Source: Malacoraja senta
Lineage: Eukaryota
DNA: 64,000 nt
Assembly: GCA_038087875.1 (NCBI GenBank)
Contig: CM075995.1
Span: 5,892,001 to 5,956,000 of the forward strand
Direction: 5' to 3'
The translations under genes and the position numbers were made by a program. Shown one piece after another: positions 12,949 through 26,118 of the stretch. Positions within the stretch are counted from its first letter, which is position 1. Each line of letters begins with the position of its first letter. Below the pieces are notes generated by a model, which saw nothing but the letters and a program-made list of their open reading frames with translations, was not told where the DNA came from and did no database searches.

Positions 12949-15772
12949 CAGTGCCCTCCATAATGTTTGGGACAAAGACCCATTTATTTATTTGCCTCTG
13001 TACTCCACAATTTGAGATTTGTAATAGAAAAGCTCACATGTGGTTAAAGTGCACATTGTCAGATTTTAATAAAGGCCATTTTTATACATTTTGGTTTCAC
13101 CATGTAAAAATTACAGCAGTGTTTATACATAGTCCCCCCATTTCAGGGCACCATAATGTTTGGGACACAGCAATGTAATGTAAATTGAAGCAGTCATGTT
13201 TAGTATTTTGTTGCATATCCTTTGCATGCAATGACTGCCTGAGAGGCCTGCGATTCATGGACATCATCTGTTGCTGGGTGTCTTCTCTGGTGATGCTCTG
13301 CCACGCTTGTATTGCAGCCATCTTTAGCTTATGCTTGTTTTGGGGGCTAGTCCCCTTCAGTTTTCTCTTCAGCATACAAAAGGCATGCTCAATTGGGTTC
13401 AGATTGGGTAATTGACTTGTCACTCAAGAATTGACCTTTTTTAGTTTTGAAAAACTCCTTTGTTGCTTTAGCAGTATGTTTGGGAACCATTGTCTTGCTG
13501 CGGAATGAACCGCCGACCAATGAGTTGTGAGGCATTTGTTTGAACGAGCAGATAGAATGTGTTTACACACTTCAGAATTCATTATGCTACTGCCCATCAG
13601 CAGTTGTATCATCAATGAAGATTATTGAGCCAGTACCTACATGCCCAGGCCATAACACACCCATTTCACAGATGAGGTGATATGTTTTGGATCTTGGGCA
13701 GTTCCTTCTTACCTCCATACTTTGCTCATGCATTCACTCTGGTATAAGTTCATCTTCATCTAGTCTGTCCACAACACCCATTTCCGGAACTGTGGTTGGT
13801 CTTTAAAATACTTCTTGCAAACTGAAATAGACAATAGGTGCAGGAGGAGTAGGTCATTCGGCCCTTCGAACAGCACCGCGCATTCATTTGATTAGTGGAT
13901 TCATCGGTGCTCATCCAATCCTCATTCCATCAGTACCCCGTTCCTGCCTTCTCCCCATATCCCCTGATTCCGCTATCTTTAAGAGCTCTATCTAACTCTC
14001 TCTTGAATACATCCAGAGAACCGGCCTCCACCACCTTCTGAGGCAGAGAATTCCACAGACGCACAATTCTCTGTGTGAAAAAGTGTTTCCTCATTTCCGT
14101 TCTAAATGGCTTACCCCTTATTCTTAAACTGTGGCCCCTGGTTCTGGACTCCCCCAACATCGGGAACATGTTTCCTGCCTCTAGCATTGTCCAAACCGTG
14201 AATAATCTTATATGTTTCAATAAGATCCCCTCTCATCCATCTAAAGCCCAGCCGCTCCATTTTATCAACATATGACAGTCCCGCCACCCCTGGAATTAAC
14301 CTGGTGAACTCAATAGCAAGAATGTCCTTCCTCAAATTTGGAGACCAAAACTGCACACAATACTCCAGGTATGGTCTCACTAGTGGCCATGTACAACTAC
14401 AGAAGGACCTCTTTGCTCCTATACTCAACTCTTCTTGTTATGGAGGCCAACTGGCTATTCGCTTTCTTCAGTGCCTGCTGTATCTGCATGCTTACTTTCA
14501 ATGACTGATGAACAAGGACCCCCAGATCTGGTTGTACTTCCTCTTTTCTCAACTTGACAAAATTTAGATAATAATCTGCCTTCCTGTTTTTGCCACCAAA
14601 GTGGATAACCTCACATTTATCCACATTAAACTGCATCTGCCATGTATCTGCGCACCCACCCAACCTGCCCAAGTCACCCTGCATCCTCATAGCATCCTCT
14701 TCATAGTTCACATTGCCACCCAGCTTTGTGTCATCTGCAAATTTGCTAATGTTACTTTTAATCCCTTCATCTAGATCATGAATGTATATTGTCAATAGCT
14801 GCGGTCGCAGCACCCGAGCCTTGCGGTACACCCACTCATCACTGCCTGCCATTCTGAAAGGAACCCGTTAATCCCTGCTCTTTGTTTCCTGTCTGCCAAC
14901 CAATTTTCTATCCATGTCAGCACCCTACCCCCAATACCATGTGCTCTCATTTTGCCCACTAATCTCCTATGTGGGACCTTATCAAATGCTTTCTGAAAGT
15001 CCAGGCACACTACATCCACTGGCTCTTCCTGGCCATCCTATTTTTGCAGCTAACCAGTGGTTTGCATCTTGCAGTGTAGCATCTTTATTTCTGTTCATGA
15101 AGTCTTCTGCGGACAATGGTCATTGACAAATTCACACCTGACTCCTGAAGAGTGTTTATGATCTGTCGGACAGGTGTTTGGGGATTTTTCTTTATTATAG
15201 AGAGAATTCCGTCATCAGCTGTGGAGGTCTTCCTTGACCTGCCAGTCCCTTTGCGATTAGTAAGCTCACCAGTGCTCTCTTTCTTCTTAATGATATTCCA
15301 ACAGTTGATTTTGGTAAGCCTAAGGTTTGGCTGATGTCTCTAACAGTTTATATTCTTGTTTCTCAGCCTCATAATGGCTTATTTGACCTTCATTGGCACA
15401 ACTTTGGTCCATGTTGATAAACAGCTATAAAAGTTTCCAAAGGTGATGGAAAGACTGGAAGAAAGACGAGGTGCTGAGAGGTCTCTTAAACCTGCATTAA
15501 GGAGGCAATTAAACACACCTGAGCAGTTACAAACGCCTGTGAAGCCATGTGTCCCAAACATTATGGTGCCCTGAAATGGGGGACTATGTATATAACATTG
15601 TTGTAATTTCTACATGGTGAAACCAAAATGTATAAAAACAGCCTTTAATAAAATCTGACAATGTGCACTTTAACTACATGTGATTTTTTTCTATTACAAA
15701 TCTAAAACTGTGGTGTACAAAGGCAAATAAATAAATGATGGGTCTTTGTGCCAAACATTATGGAGGGCACTG
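12949..15772 (-). mobile_element. Tc1-like DNA transposon with IR-DR ends, decayed transposase and a nested CR1
   Basis: TA|CAGTGCCCTCCATAATGTTTGG...CCAAACATTATGGAGGGCACTG|TA. TIRs of ~220 bp with an inner repeat CCATAATGTTTGGGACA (~13150 and ~15555). Transposase motif SQLPNLNPIEHAF (SPDLNPIE-like). Confidence 0.93.
13826..15028 (-). mobile_element. CR1 RT/3' fragment nested in the Tc1
   Basis: ORFs 14792-15019 ([11 protein letters not shown]), 14397-14852 (FADD) and 13930-14220. Confidence 0.9.
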
Positions 15773-15894
15773 TATCCTTTGAAACACTAACCTAACCACA
15801 AACCCCTGCATTTTTATGTTTTTAGTTTAGTTTCTTAATTAACTGAGCCAAACCCACCTTTTTTTATTAAGGTTGGCAATCTCAATGGTTTGGG

Positions 15895-16088
15895 CTCTCT
15901 GGTTCTCTGGATACTTTCAAGAGAGAGCTAGATAGGGCTCTAAAAGATAGCGGAGTCAGGGGATATGGGGAGAAGGGCAGGAACGGGGGTACTGATTGGG
16001 ATGATCAGCCATGATCACATTGAATGGCCGAATGGCCTACTCCTCGAAGGGCCAAATGGCCTACTCCTGCACCTATTGTCTATTGTCT
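15895..16088 (+). mobile_element. CR1 3' end fragment
   Basis: CR1 3' UTR (GATCAGCCATGATC...GGCCTACTCCTGCACC) with a CTATTGT tail. Confidence 0.8.
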
Positions 16089-16914
16089 TATTAGTGCAAA
16101 TTTAGAAATCAACTGGCCCCTTGGCTCAGAAAGTTACACAATACTGTTTGATTCAGAGTGAATGATGAGGTCAGATGAACCTGGAGCCAACCATCTGTGC
16201 ATTCAATACTTTTACATCGTGGTCCCTGGGTACAGAAGTTCAGAATGTGGTGGCATAAACATTGCACTGTGTGGTTTTCTACACAATCACAGGTTAGTTG
16301 TCTGTATCATCCAGTCCAGTATCTTTCACATAAACACCTATTAGTATCTTGGTTTTCAAATTATAGTCACAGTATAACCAACAAAAGTTTCACTTCCTGC
16401 CTTGCAGCATTACCTTTGAAGACCACAGGATATATCTCTTCCTTATCCTAGACCACTCATTATTAGCATAATTTGCAACACATAACGATGGGCCTTTGTC
16501 TGGTGACATTCTCCACACCAGGGCTGCTACCTCTCACGCATTGAGCGTGAGAACCCATTTCACACAGTTCTCACGCTGATCACAGAATCTCTCACGCTCA
16601 AATAAATAAATAAAAAGTGAAAAATGTCACGGACAATTCAATTCGCCCAAGGCTTCCAGATCTCCTCCACATTCCTCCACACTCACCAATGAGATTAGTT
16701 TTCTGTCGGCGGGTTTCCGTGATGAACGAGCAATTTGATTGGCTTAAGCCCATCGCACACTATTAAAAAATGGCAATGTAACTGCAGTACTAATGATTCC
16801 ATTTGACATTCATGAAACCCAAAATCTGTAGGTGCTGAAATTCAAAATAAAGCAAAAATTGTTTTAGAGGTGAGTAACCTCTAAAGGTGAGGCACCTACT
16901 AGTGCACACCTGTA

Positions 16915-17812
16915 CATGGTACTAACACCATCATCAAGTATGCAGATGATACAACGGTGATTGGCCTCATCAGCGACAACGATGTCGGCCTATAGGGAGG
17001 AGGTCCAGCTCCTAGCAGCATGGTGCGCTGACAACAACCTAGCCCTTAACACCAAGAAGACCAAGGAGCTCATTGTGGACTACAGAAGGTCTAGGGACGG
17101 AGGTGGAGAGTGTTTCCAGCTTCAGGTTTCTGGGGGGTCAACATCTCTGATGACCTCTCTTGGACCCACAATATCTCGACACTGATCAAGAAGGCTCACC
17201 AGCGTCTCTTCTTCCTGAGGAGACTAAAGAAGGTCCATCTGTCTCCTCAGATTCTGGTGAACTTCTACTGCTGTGCCATCGAGAGCATCCTTACTAACTG
17301 TATCACAGTATGGTATGGCAACTGCTCTGTCTCCGACCGGAAAGCACTGCAGAGGGTGGTGAAAACTGCCCAATGGCATCACCGGTTCCTCACTCCCCTC
17401 CATTGAGTCTGTCCAAAGCAAGCGATGTCTGCGAAGGGCACGCAGCAATCGTCAAGGACTGCTCTCACCCCAACCACAGACTGTTTACCCTCCTCCCATC
17501 TGGGAAGCGCTACAGGTCTCTCCGTTGCCGGACCAGCAGCTTCAGGGAACAGCTTCTTCCCTGCAGCTGTTACCCTCCTTAACTCTGCACCTTGGTGATT
17601 GCCAGTCACCCCCCCCCCCCCCCGGACACTCCTTCCCCCAGCGACTGATCTCCCCCCCGAAATTTGCACTACTGCTACTGTATATAGATATATATATTTT
17701 ACTGTTCCATTATTCTGTGTTCGCACTTCTGGGTGAGATGCTAACTGCATTTTGTTGTCTCTGTACTTGTACACTGCACAATGACAATAAAGTTTGAATC
17801 TGAATCTGATTC
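16915..17812 (+). mobile_element. Rex1/Babar LINE 3' fragment
   Basis: IKYADDTTV, KKAHQRLFFLRRLKK, ESILTNCITVWYG. Ends AATGACAATAAAG followed by (GAATCT)n. Confidence 0.88.
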
Positions 17813-18484
17813 TGGTATGTGGAATGAGCTGCCAGGGGAAGTAGGCAGGTAAAATGACAGCATTTAAAAGACATTTGGACAGGTACATGGACAGGAAAGG
17901 TTTAAAGGGATATGGGCCAAATGTGGATAAATGGGACTAGTTTAGATGGGGCATCTTGATCTGCATGGACAAGTTGGGATGAAGGGCCTGTTTCCATGCT
18001 GTAAGACTATGACACATTGTAGAAAGGGTGCAATTGCTCTGCAGAGGATCCAGGGGCCATTTATGAAGATGTTGGCAGGGCTGGAATGTTTTTTTCACTT
18101 TGAAGAAAAATGTGATAACTGGGATTGTATTCTCTGCAGCAGCGGAGGTGAAGAAAAGACTCAGTTGAGGTGAATAATATTATGAGAATAGGACCTGTTT
18201 TGCTTAACAAAGAGTGTAGGAAGGAACAGCAGATGCTGGTTTAAACTGAAGATTGACACAAAAATCTGGAATAACTCAGCGGGACAGGCAGCATTTCTGG
18301 AGAGAAAGAATGGGTGATGTTTCGGGTCAAGACCTTCAGACTGAAGAGGTTGAATACCAGCCATATAGATGGAAAACACAATGACTGGAGTTGTGTTATC
18401 CAACTAAGGGCAGAAATCAGAATCATGTGTTCATCTTTATTGACGTGACACCATAATAAATATATTACAGAAAAACAAATTTAA

Positions 18485-18675
18485 TGGGGTGGCACGGTGG
18501 CGCAGCGGTGGAGTTGCTGCCTTACAGCACCACAGACCCAGATTTGATCCTGACAACGGGTGCTGTCTATTCAGAATTTGTACATTCTACCTATGACCAC
18601 ATGGGTTTTCTCCGGATATTTCGGTTTCGCCCACATCCAAAAGAAGTGCAGGTTTGTAGGTTCATTGGCTTTTAA
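18485..18675 (+). mobile_element. tRNA-derived SINE (HE1/V-SINE-like), 3'-truncated
   Basis: Head GGTGGCACGGTGGCGCAGCGG with an A box and a degenerate B box, then a V-domain-like ATGGGTTTTCTCCGG...TTCGGTTTC-CCCACA. Confidence 0.7.
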
Positions 18676-18749
18676 CAGAGAACATAAAACAGTACACCAC
18701 AGGAACAGGCCCTTTCTGCCCACAATGTTTGTGACAAACATAATACGAA

Positions 18750-19486
18750 GGGGCTTCGGGGAGATGGCCAGCCATGCCGGCAGTCTGTTCGTTTTTTCAC
18801 CTTTTTGTTATTTTAGCGTCTGTTAAAAGTTGGTTTTAATGTTCTTCGGTTTGTTTTATGTGGGGGAGGGGATCGGGGGAAACTTTTTTTCAATTTCTCA
18901 CCTTCCCGGAGATGTGATCAATTTTCGGATCACATTCTCCGGGCTCTGCGGCCTACCATCGATGGAGCTGGGAGCCGCATCGGATTGTCATGAGCCCAAC
19001 CGCGGGGCGCGGACTTAACGTCGGAGCGGATCCCTTGCCTGGGATCGCTCCCACCGCGGCCTGCGGACTTACCATCAAGGGCTCGCAGTCGCAGGAGAGG
19101 CTAGTCGGGAGCTCCAACTCCGCAGAAGGTTCGTCCAGCCCCGACGTGAGGTTCGATCGTCCAGCGCGGGGAGCTGACATCCCCCCCGATGCGGGAGTGG
19201 ATCGCCTCGACGCGGAGCGCCCGAACGCCGCCGACTACGGGAGTCAAACCCGTCCCGTCAACGGAGGGCTCGAGGCCCCCGACCGAGGAAGAACAAAAGG
19301 AAGAGACTTGAAATTTATTTCGCCTTCCATCAGTGAGGAATGTGTAGGAGTCACTGTGGTGGATGTTCATGTTAAAATGTGTTTTTGAGTGATCTGTTGC
19401 TTTTAATTGTATGACTGACCTGGCCAGTGAAATTCCTCGTATGCTGCAAAACATACTTGGCGAATAAAATCTGATTCTGATTCTGA
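18750..19486 (+). mobile_element. Non-coding SINE-like retroposon, copy B, inserted in a CR1 3' UTR
   Basis: Paralog of 4710-5427. Ends AATAAAATCTGATTCTGATTCTGA. The minus-strand CR1 3' UTR continues on both sides (18675-18749 and 19487-19830). Confidence 0.78.
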
Positions 19487-20092
19487 ACTGATCTCATCTG
19501 CCTGTACATGATCCATATCCCTCTATTCCCTGCTCTTCCATGTGCCTATCTAAAAGTCTCTTCAACATCACCATCTAAGCTGCCTCCACCACCACCCCAG
19601 ACAGCGCGTTCCAGACCCCCACCACCCTCTGTGCAAAAAAACTTGCCCCACACATCCATTAACCTTTCCCCCTCTCACCTTATAGCTATGCCCTCTAATG
19701 TTGAACATTCTCACCCTGGGAAAAAGGTTCTGACTGTCTACCATTTCCCTATATTATGCCTCATAATTTTATATACTTCCATAATTTTTCCCCTCAAGCT
19801 CTGACATTCCAGAGAAAACAATCCAAGTATAATTGGGGACATTTTATGGATGTTCCCGCTGCAATCCCATCGCAGTAGAGCGCCAACTGTATATATCTAT
19901 CGCATATAGTTATCACCACTATCGCTAGGACTCCTCATCTATTCTAGCTGGTGAACAGTAGGGATCACTCCCAACTACCAGTACAACTTAGTGGTGAGTA
20001 GGAATAGCTTTAAATTCTTACACTCCAAAGGAATTAAGTGATCAATGAACCTTGCAGGGCAACTTACCGTTGTAACAAAGAACATGGTCAGG

Positions 20093-20293
20093 TTAGAAAC
20101 ATAGAAACATAGAAAATAGGTGCAGGAGTAGGCCATTCGGCCCTTCGAGCCTGCACCGCCATTCAATATGATCATGGCTGATCATCCAACTCAGTATCCT
20201 GTACCTGCTTTCTCTCCATTCCCCCTGATCCCTTTAGCCACAAGGGCCACATCTAACTCCCTCATAAATATAGCCAATGAACTGGCCCCAACT
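20093..20293 (-). mobile_element. CR1 3' end fragment
   Basis: (TAGAAACA)n tail on the plus strand, followed by CR1 3' UTR. Confidence 0.85.
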
Positions 20294-21613
20294 ACGGCCG
20301 AAGGTTAAGAGATTCATGGACATAAAATTAAGAACCCAGAGTCCATTCAGACCAAATTTCACAGATTAGAGAAAGTGAACCTTGTACAAAGCTGGTCACA
20401 TATTAATGATGGAACTTTTAGAACATTCAGCTTCAATGGGGTTCTGTGGAAAGACAATTTTACATATATATCTTAATTTCATTGAACCATATACTTGGTT
20501 GAATATGTGCCATAATTTTCATCTTGTTTCCATAGTCAAAGGGTAAGGTTGATTAATTGATTTGTACAGAACAGTGATGGAAGTCCGACTCCTCTTGCCT
20601 TGTTTCTATGTTTTTATTCCTCTATATATATGCATAACAGCATGAATTATAATCTGATTTCCATACATGAATATACTAAGGTCATTCATGTGCTGCACCT
20701 GTTGATCAGAGCCCGACTCTACTGTGGAATGTAATTAGGAATGTAATTTAGCCTAACCTTATTCATACCTAATCCAATTTAAATCATAAATGTTGCATCC
20801 AAGTGTAAGTTAAACGACTCGCTACAGTATGCGCTAGATTGCACAATTTCAAGCTGAAAAATCCAAAAGCCCTACCGTAGGAGGGGGGACACCGACCTCA
20901 CACACCCTCCCCCCCCCTCAGTCTCTGCGCTGCCTCGCAATTTCTCACTCTCAACTCTCACCCACTGTTGGCAGCCCTGCCTACTCCTTCGCTCCATAGA
21001 TGCTGCCTCACCCGCTGAGTTTCTCCAGCTTTTTTGTCAACCTTTGATTTTTCCAGCATCTGCAGTTCTTTCTTAAACGTAGGAATCTGAGGGGTAACTT
21101 TTCCACACAGAGGGTGGGTGTATGGAACGAGCTGCCGGAGGAGGTAGTTGAGGCAGGGACTATCGCAATGTTTAAAAGACACTTGGACAGGTACATGGAT
21201 AGGACAGGTTTAGAGGGACATGGGGCATTGTGAGCAGTTTTGGGTCCCATAAATGAGGAAGGATGTGCTTGGCACTGCAGAGGAGATTTACCAGAACGGT
21301 CCCAGGAATGAGTGGGTTCATGTACGATGAGCGTTTGTCTGCACTGGGCCTGGACTTGCTGGAGTTTAGAAGAATGAGGGGGTGGGATCCTCATTAAAAC
21401 TTTCCCGAAAAGTGAAAGGCTTGTGTTGTGTCTGAGTAAGACTGTCCATACAGTCACCACTAGAGGGCTCTGCCCCTATATGTATGTTTTCTGGGAATGA
21501 GTCCACAGCCATCTTGGCTGGAGTCACGCAGCCATTTTGGTAGGAATAAACCGACTTACTGACACCATATAACATGAGTCTGTATTGAGTTACGATCCAT
21601 CAAATACTAAATC

Positions 21614-21628
21614 TGGCGACGAGGATGG
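21614..21628 (+). promoter_or_regulatory. Primer-binding site TGGCGACGAGGATGG (tRNA-Ser GCT-like)
   Basis: Directly follows the 5' LTR. Complementary to ...CCATCCTCGTCGCCA. Confidence 0.8.
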
Positions 21629-23156
21629 CTAGTTTAACTCTTGCTGCCCGATCTCCATTCTTGGAAAGTCCAGGAGAACCTCCTGTACCATGGACACGAT
21701 GGTTCGAAAGTTTCACCACATACTTATCGCAAGCAGCCTGGAAGGCGAGGTCCTAAGCTTGCCGCCGAGCGATCCTGCTGCATTGCCTCAGAACGGAGGG
21801 ACAGCGGATCTTCGCGCAGTTTGACAGTGCTGCAACGAGTAAGTACAGTGATGCTGTTATTGCACTTGGCAAATATTTTGGCCCAAAGTGTGATGATAGA
21901 GAGATACCGTTTTCCTCAACATTCACAGGGGCATTCAGAAACAGTAAAAAAACAATCGCTCAAACAAGCAGTGACTGAATTGTGGCCGGACACACGCTCC
22001 CAAGGAATGACCAGCTTACGGTAAACGGTGCAACGCGTGTTCAAAGCTGAATCACTTCGTGAAAGTCTGCCGGTCGTCGAAGAAGAAAGTGTCATCTGTC
22101 CTCCATGTAGACGATGAATCTCCGGGTGGACACGACGTATACTCCATAAAGGACAGGGCTGACCAGGATGTTCGGTCAACAGGTGCTTTCAAAGACTGCA
22201 GGGTCGAGATCGCTGGGACCTCGGTATCGCTTCTCATAGATGTGGGGACGAAGGTTTCTATTTTGAGCATAGATCTCTACAATAGGTCTTTTTCGGACTA
22301 CCCACTTGCTCCCCCAAGGGACACTCTTCGCTCTTATGATGGTTCAACCATACCGACGATAGGGCTAGTGACTGTTCCTGTTTTCTACAAACGAGTTAAG
22401 CTCGATAGCTTCACATTCTATGTCGCAGAAGGAAAGAGTCTGATGGGAGTCAATCTGTTTGATCGACTAGGTTTCAAGCTTCAGGACTCAACCGGCACGA
22501 ACATCAATGTGATCAGCGACGCGGACTTTGGGCATGAATATCCTTCCCTTTTCTCTGGTTTTGGGGTAGTTAAAGGTACTGCCACGCACCTCGTGTAGAC
22601 ACATCAGTCCCGACTGTTTCACAACGCCTAAGGCATCTACCATTTTCCATTCGCTCGGAAGCTTCAACTGAACTGAAGCTACTCGAAAATTATGGCAACA
22701 TTGAACGCATCGATTCATCCCCTTGGATATCGAATGTTGTCATCGCGCAACGCAAGAACGGTGAACTCAGACTTTGCATCGATCTCAAATCGGTCAACAA
22801 ATCCATCATTCCGGACAAATATCCTTTGCCAACAATGCAAGAGCTATTTGCATCGTTCCACAGTTCAACAGTGTTCACAAAACTAGACATGCGCCGAAGC
22901 TACCTTCAGGTACCACTAGCAGAACACAGTCGAGAGTTGACAGCTTTCCTCACACATGAAGGAATATTTCAGTACCGTAGGATGCTGTATGGACTGTGCT
23001 CAGCGCCTAGTGCATTTCAAAAAATCGTGACGTTGGTTCTGTCAGGCATTGACGGAACACTCAACCTCCTCGACGATGTCGTCATCCATGTCAGGGACAG
23101 GAGGAACACGATTGACAACTGGATGCAGTGTTAGCTCGTCTCGCACAACACAACTT

Positions 23157-26118
23157 TCAATTCAATTCAATTCAATTCAACTTTAATGTCATTGCACAAA
23201 TACTGAGTATGGGTACAACGAAATGCAGTTTTGCGTCAGTCCGTAGTAGTAGTAGTGCAATATAGAAATTTTATTTAAAAAAAAATTTAAAAAGAGGATA
23301 CAGAATAATCAAAAATACAGAATAATTAACAATGGGGACGGAGGGACCGGAGGAATCGATCGGCGGGACTCCGAGTTCAGCAATGCGACGGTATAATTGT
23401 AGAAGCTGTTCCTCATCCTACTGGTACGAGACCTGAGGCTCCTGTACTGCCTCCCTGATGGGAGGAGGGCAAACAGTCCATGGTTGGGGTGGGAGGGGTC
23501 TTTAATGATCTTCCCAGCCCGTTTCAGACACCGTTTTCGGTGGAGGGCATCCATGGCAGGGAGCGGGGCACCGATGATGTGCTGCGCGGTTTTCACCACC
23601 CGTTGTAGTGCCTTCCTGTCCGCAACAGTGCAGCTGCTGTACCATACCGTGAAGCAGGTGGTCAGGATGCTCTCGATGGTACACCGGTAGAAGTTGGTCA
23701 GGATCTGGGGGGACAGGTGGGCTTTCTTGAGCCTCCTCAGGAAGTAAAGGCGCTGCTGTGCCTTTTTGATCAGCTTGGAGGTGTTGAGGGACCAGGACAA
23801 ATCCTCCGAGATGTGTACCCCGAGGAATTTGTAGCTGGAGACGCGCTCCACCTCAGTCCCGTTTATATGGATGGGGGTATGTCTGGCCCCTCTGACCTTC
23901 CTGAAGTCGACAATAATTTCCTTCGTCTTCTTGGAGTTGAGGACGAGGTTATTGTTGGCACACCAGGTTGTCAGGTGCTGGACCTCCTCTCTGTAGGCTG
24001 ACTCATCGTTGTCACTGATCAGTCCTACCACCGTGGTGTCGTCAGCAAACTTAATGATGGCGTTGGATCCGTACTTAGGGATGCAGTCGTGGGTGAAGAG
24101 GGAGTAGAGGAGAGGGCTGAGCACACAGTCCTGTGGAACAGTGTTATAATGGAGGAGGTGAGGTTGTTGACCCTAACAGACTGTGGTCTGTTGGTGAGGA
24201 AATCCAGTGTCCAGTTGCAGAGGGAGGTGGAGATGCCAAGCCCGCTGAGTTTGGTGATCAAGCTGGCGGGGATGACAGTGTTAAAAGCGGAGCTGAAATC
24301 AATGAACAGCAACCTGATGTAGGAGTTCTTGTTGTCCAGGTGGGTCAGGGCAGAGTGTAGGGCCGCCGATATGGCATCCTCTGTAGACCTGTTGGCCCGG
24401 TAGGCAAACTGATGGGGGTCCAGTGTGGGGGGGGAGGCTGGCTTTGAGGTGAGCCAAGATCAGCCGCTCAAAGCACTTAGCAATGACAGGGGTGAGTGCC
24501 ACTGGGCGGAAATCGTTGAGGCTCCCTGTGGCTGACTGTTTGGGCACTGGCACGATGGTTGATGTCTTGAGGCAAGTGGGGACAACACCCTGGGCCAGTG
24601 AGAGATTGAAAATGTCGGTAAAGACTGGGGATAGTTGTCCAGCACATGCCCTAAGCACCCGGCCAGGGATGCCATCGGATTCCTTGCCACATGCGCCTGG
24701 GGTCAGAGTTGTTTTGGAAGTGCTCCTCAATCCGCCGTTTGTGATTGAGTTTGGCATTCCTAATTCCCATTTTCAGATTGGCCCTGGATGAGCTGTATCC
24801 CTCAGCGTCGCCAGATCTGAAAGCGGCATCGCGAGCCTTCAGTAGGAGTCTGACCTCCCTGCTCATCCACGGCTTCTGGTTAGGGAAGGTCTTTATTTCT
24901 TTGTGGGTAGTGACATTATCGGTGCAGAATTTTATATAGTCCATAACTGTTGAGGTGTATGAGTTGATGTCCACTTGTGAATTGAAGGTGGACTGAGTAG
25001 CAAACAGACTCCAGTCTGTCTGCTGAAACTGCTGCTGTAAAACAGAGACAGCCCCCTCAGGCCAGACCTTCACTGTCCTCGTGGTAGGTTTCACACGTCT
25101 GATCAGAGGTGTGTATTTGGGGAGCAGGAACAGAGAGAGGTGGTCAGACTGACCAAGGTGGGGGAGGGGGAGGGCTTTGTAGGCTTCAGTAATATTAGTG
25201 TAAACTAAGTCCAGAATATTGTTTCCTCTGGTTGGGCAGGAAACATGCTGATGGAACCTGGGGAGTACAGTTTTAAGGTCGGAGTGGTTGAAATCACCCG
25301 CAACAATAAATGCCCCCTCAAGGTGAGCAGATAGATGTTTGCTGATAGCAGCTTGCAGCTCTTCCATTGCTAGCCTGGCATTAGCGTCCGGGGGTACATA
25401 GACTGCCGTGATAACAGTCAATGTGAATTCTCTGGGCAAATAGAAGGGCCTGCACTTTAACATCAGGTATTCCAGGTCAGCAGAGCAGTGACTACCAATC
25501 CTAACAACGTCCGTGCACCATGTGTTATTCACATAGATGCACAGTCCGCCGCCCTTGGTCTTACCGGAGTCCTCCGCTGTTCTGTCGGCCCTGAAGACAG
25601 TGCGCCCCTCCAGCTCGATGGCGTTGTCCGGGATGTTGCCGTTGAGCCATGTTTCAGTAAAGACCATGGCGTTGCAGTCGGCGATCCGTCTGTGTGTGGT
25701 GATCCGCAGCCTTAGTTCATCGATTTTACTCACCAGGGACTGGACACTCGCGAGGAAAATGCTGGGCAGAGCTGGCTGGTGAGGATTTAATTTCAGCCTA
25801 GCTAGATGTCCTCCCCACTTCCCACGTCTTTGTTTGCGGTCCCTACGCCGCCTCCGGGCACTTCCTGTCGGGGGAGCTGGCCCGCTAGACCACGGTGTCC
25901 TGGCGATCTCCGGCGGCAGTTGAAAGTCGCTTCTGGGGCTCGTTACGCAGAGACGGCCGAGCTCTAATAGCTCCTGACGGCCGTATAGAGTCTTCGCTCG
26001 GGTGCTCCGGGCGAAAACGAAGGTAATTATTAACAGAAAAATAACTAAATTACAAAAACTACGGAGACGCAGAGCCTCGCGTTGTGCACGCGACGCCATC
26101 TTGTGTTTATGTGGCAAG
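23157..26118 (-). mobile_element. Rex1/Babar LINE, apparently with both ends, nested in the Gypsy 2 RT
   Basis: APE ORF 24651-26117 (FTETWL, GDFN, SDH), RT ([12 protein letters not shown]) and an (ATTGA)n tail. CAACTT is duplicated at 23151-23156 and 26119-26124, and removing the insert restores Gypsy LAQHNLTLNAAKC. Confidence 0.93.

Larger units (their letters stand above)
16519..20979. mobile_element. Possible old hAT-like DNA transposon shell filled with later insertions
   Basis: Left end CAGGGCTGCTAC and right end GTTGGCAGCCCTG are inverted matches, with CTCTCA/TGAGA subterminal repeats. No matching 8-bp TSD was found. Confidence 0.35.

Noticed and set aside
18485..18560. tRNA gene
   Set aside because: It is a degenerate tRNA-derived SINE head that continues into SINE body sequence, and I cannot fold an intact cloverleaf.
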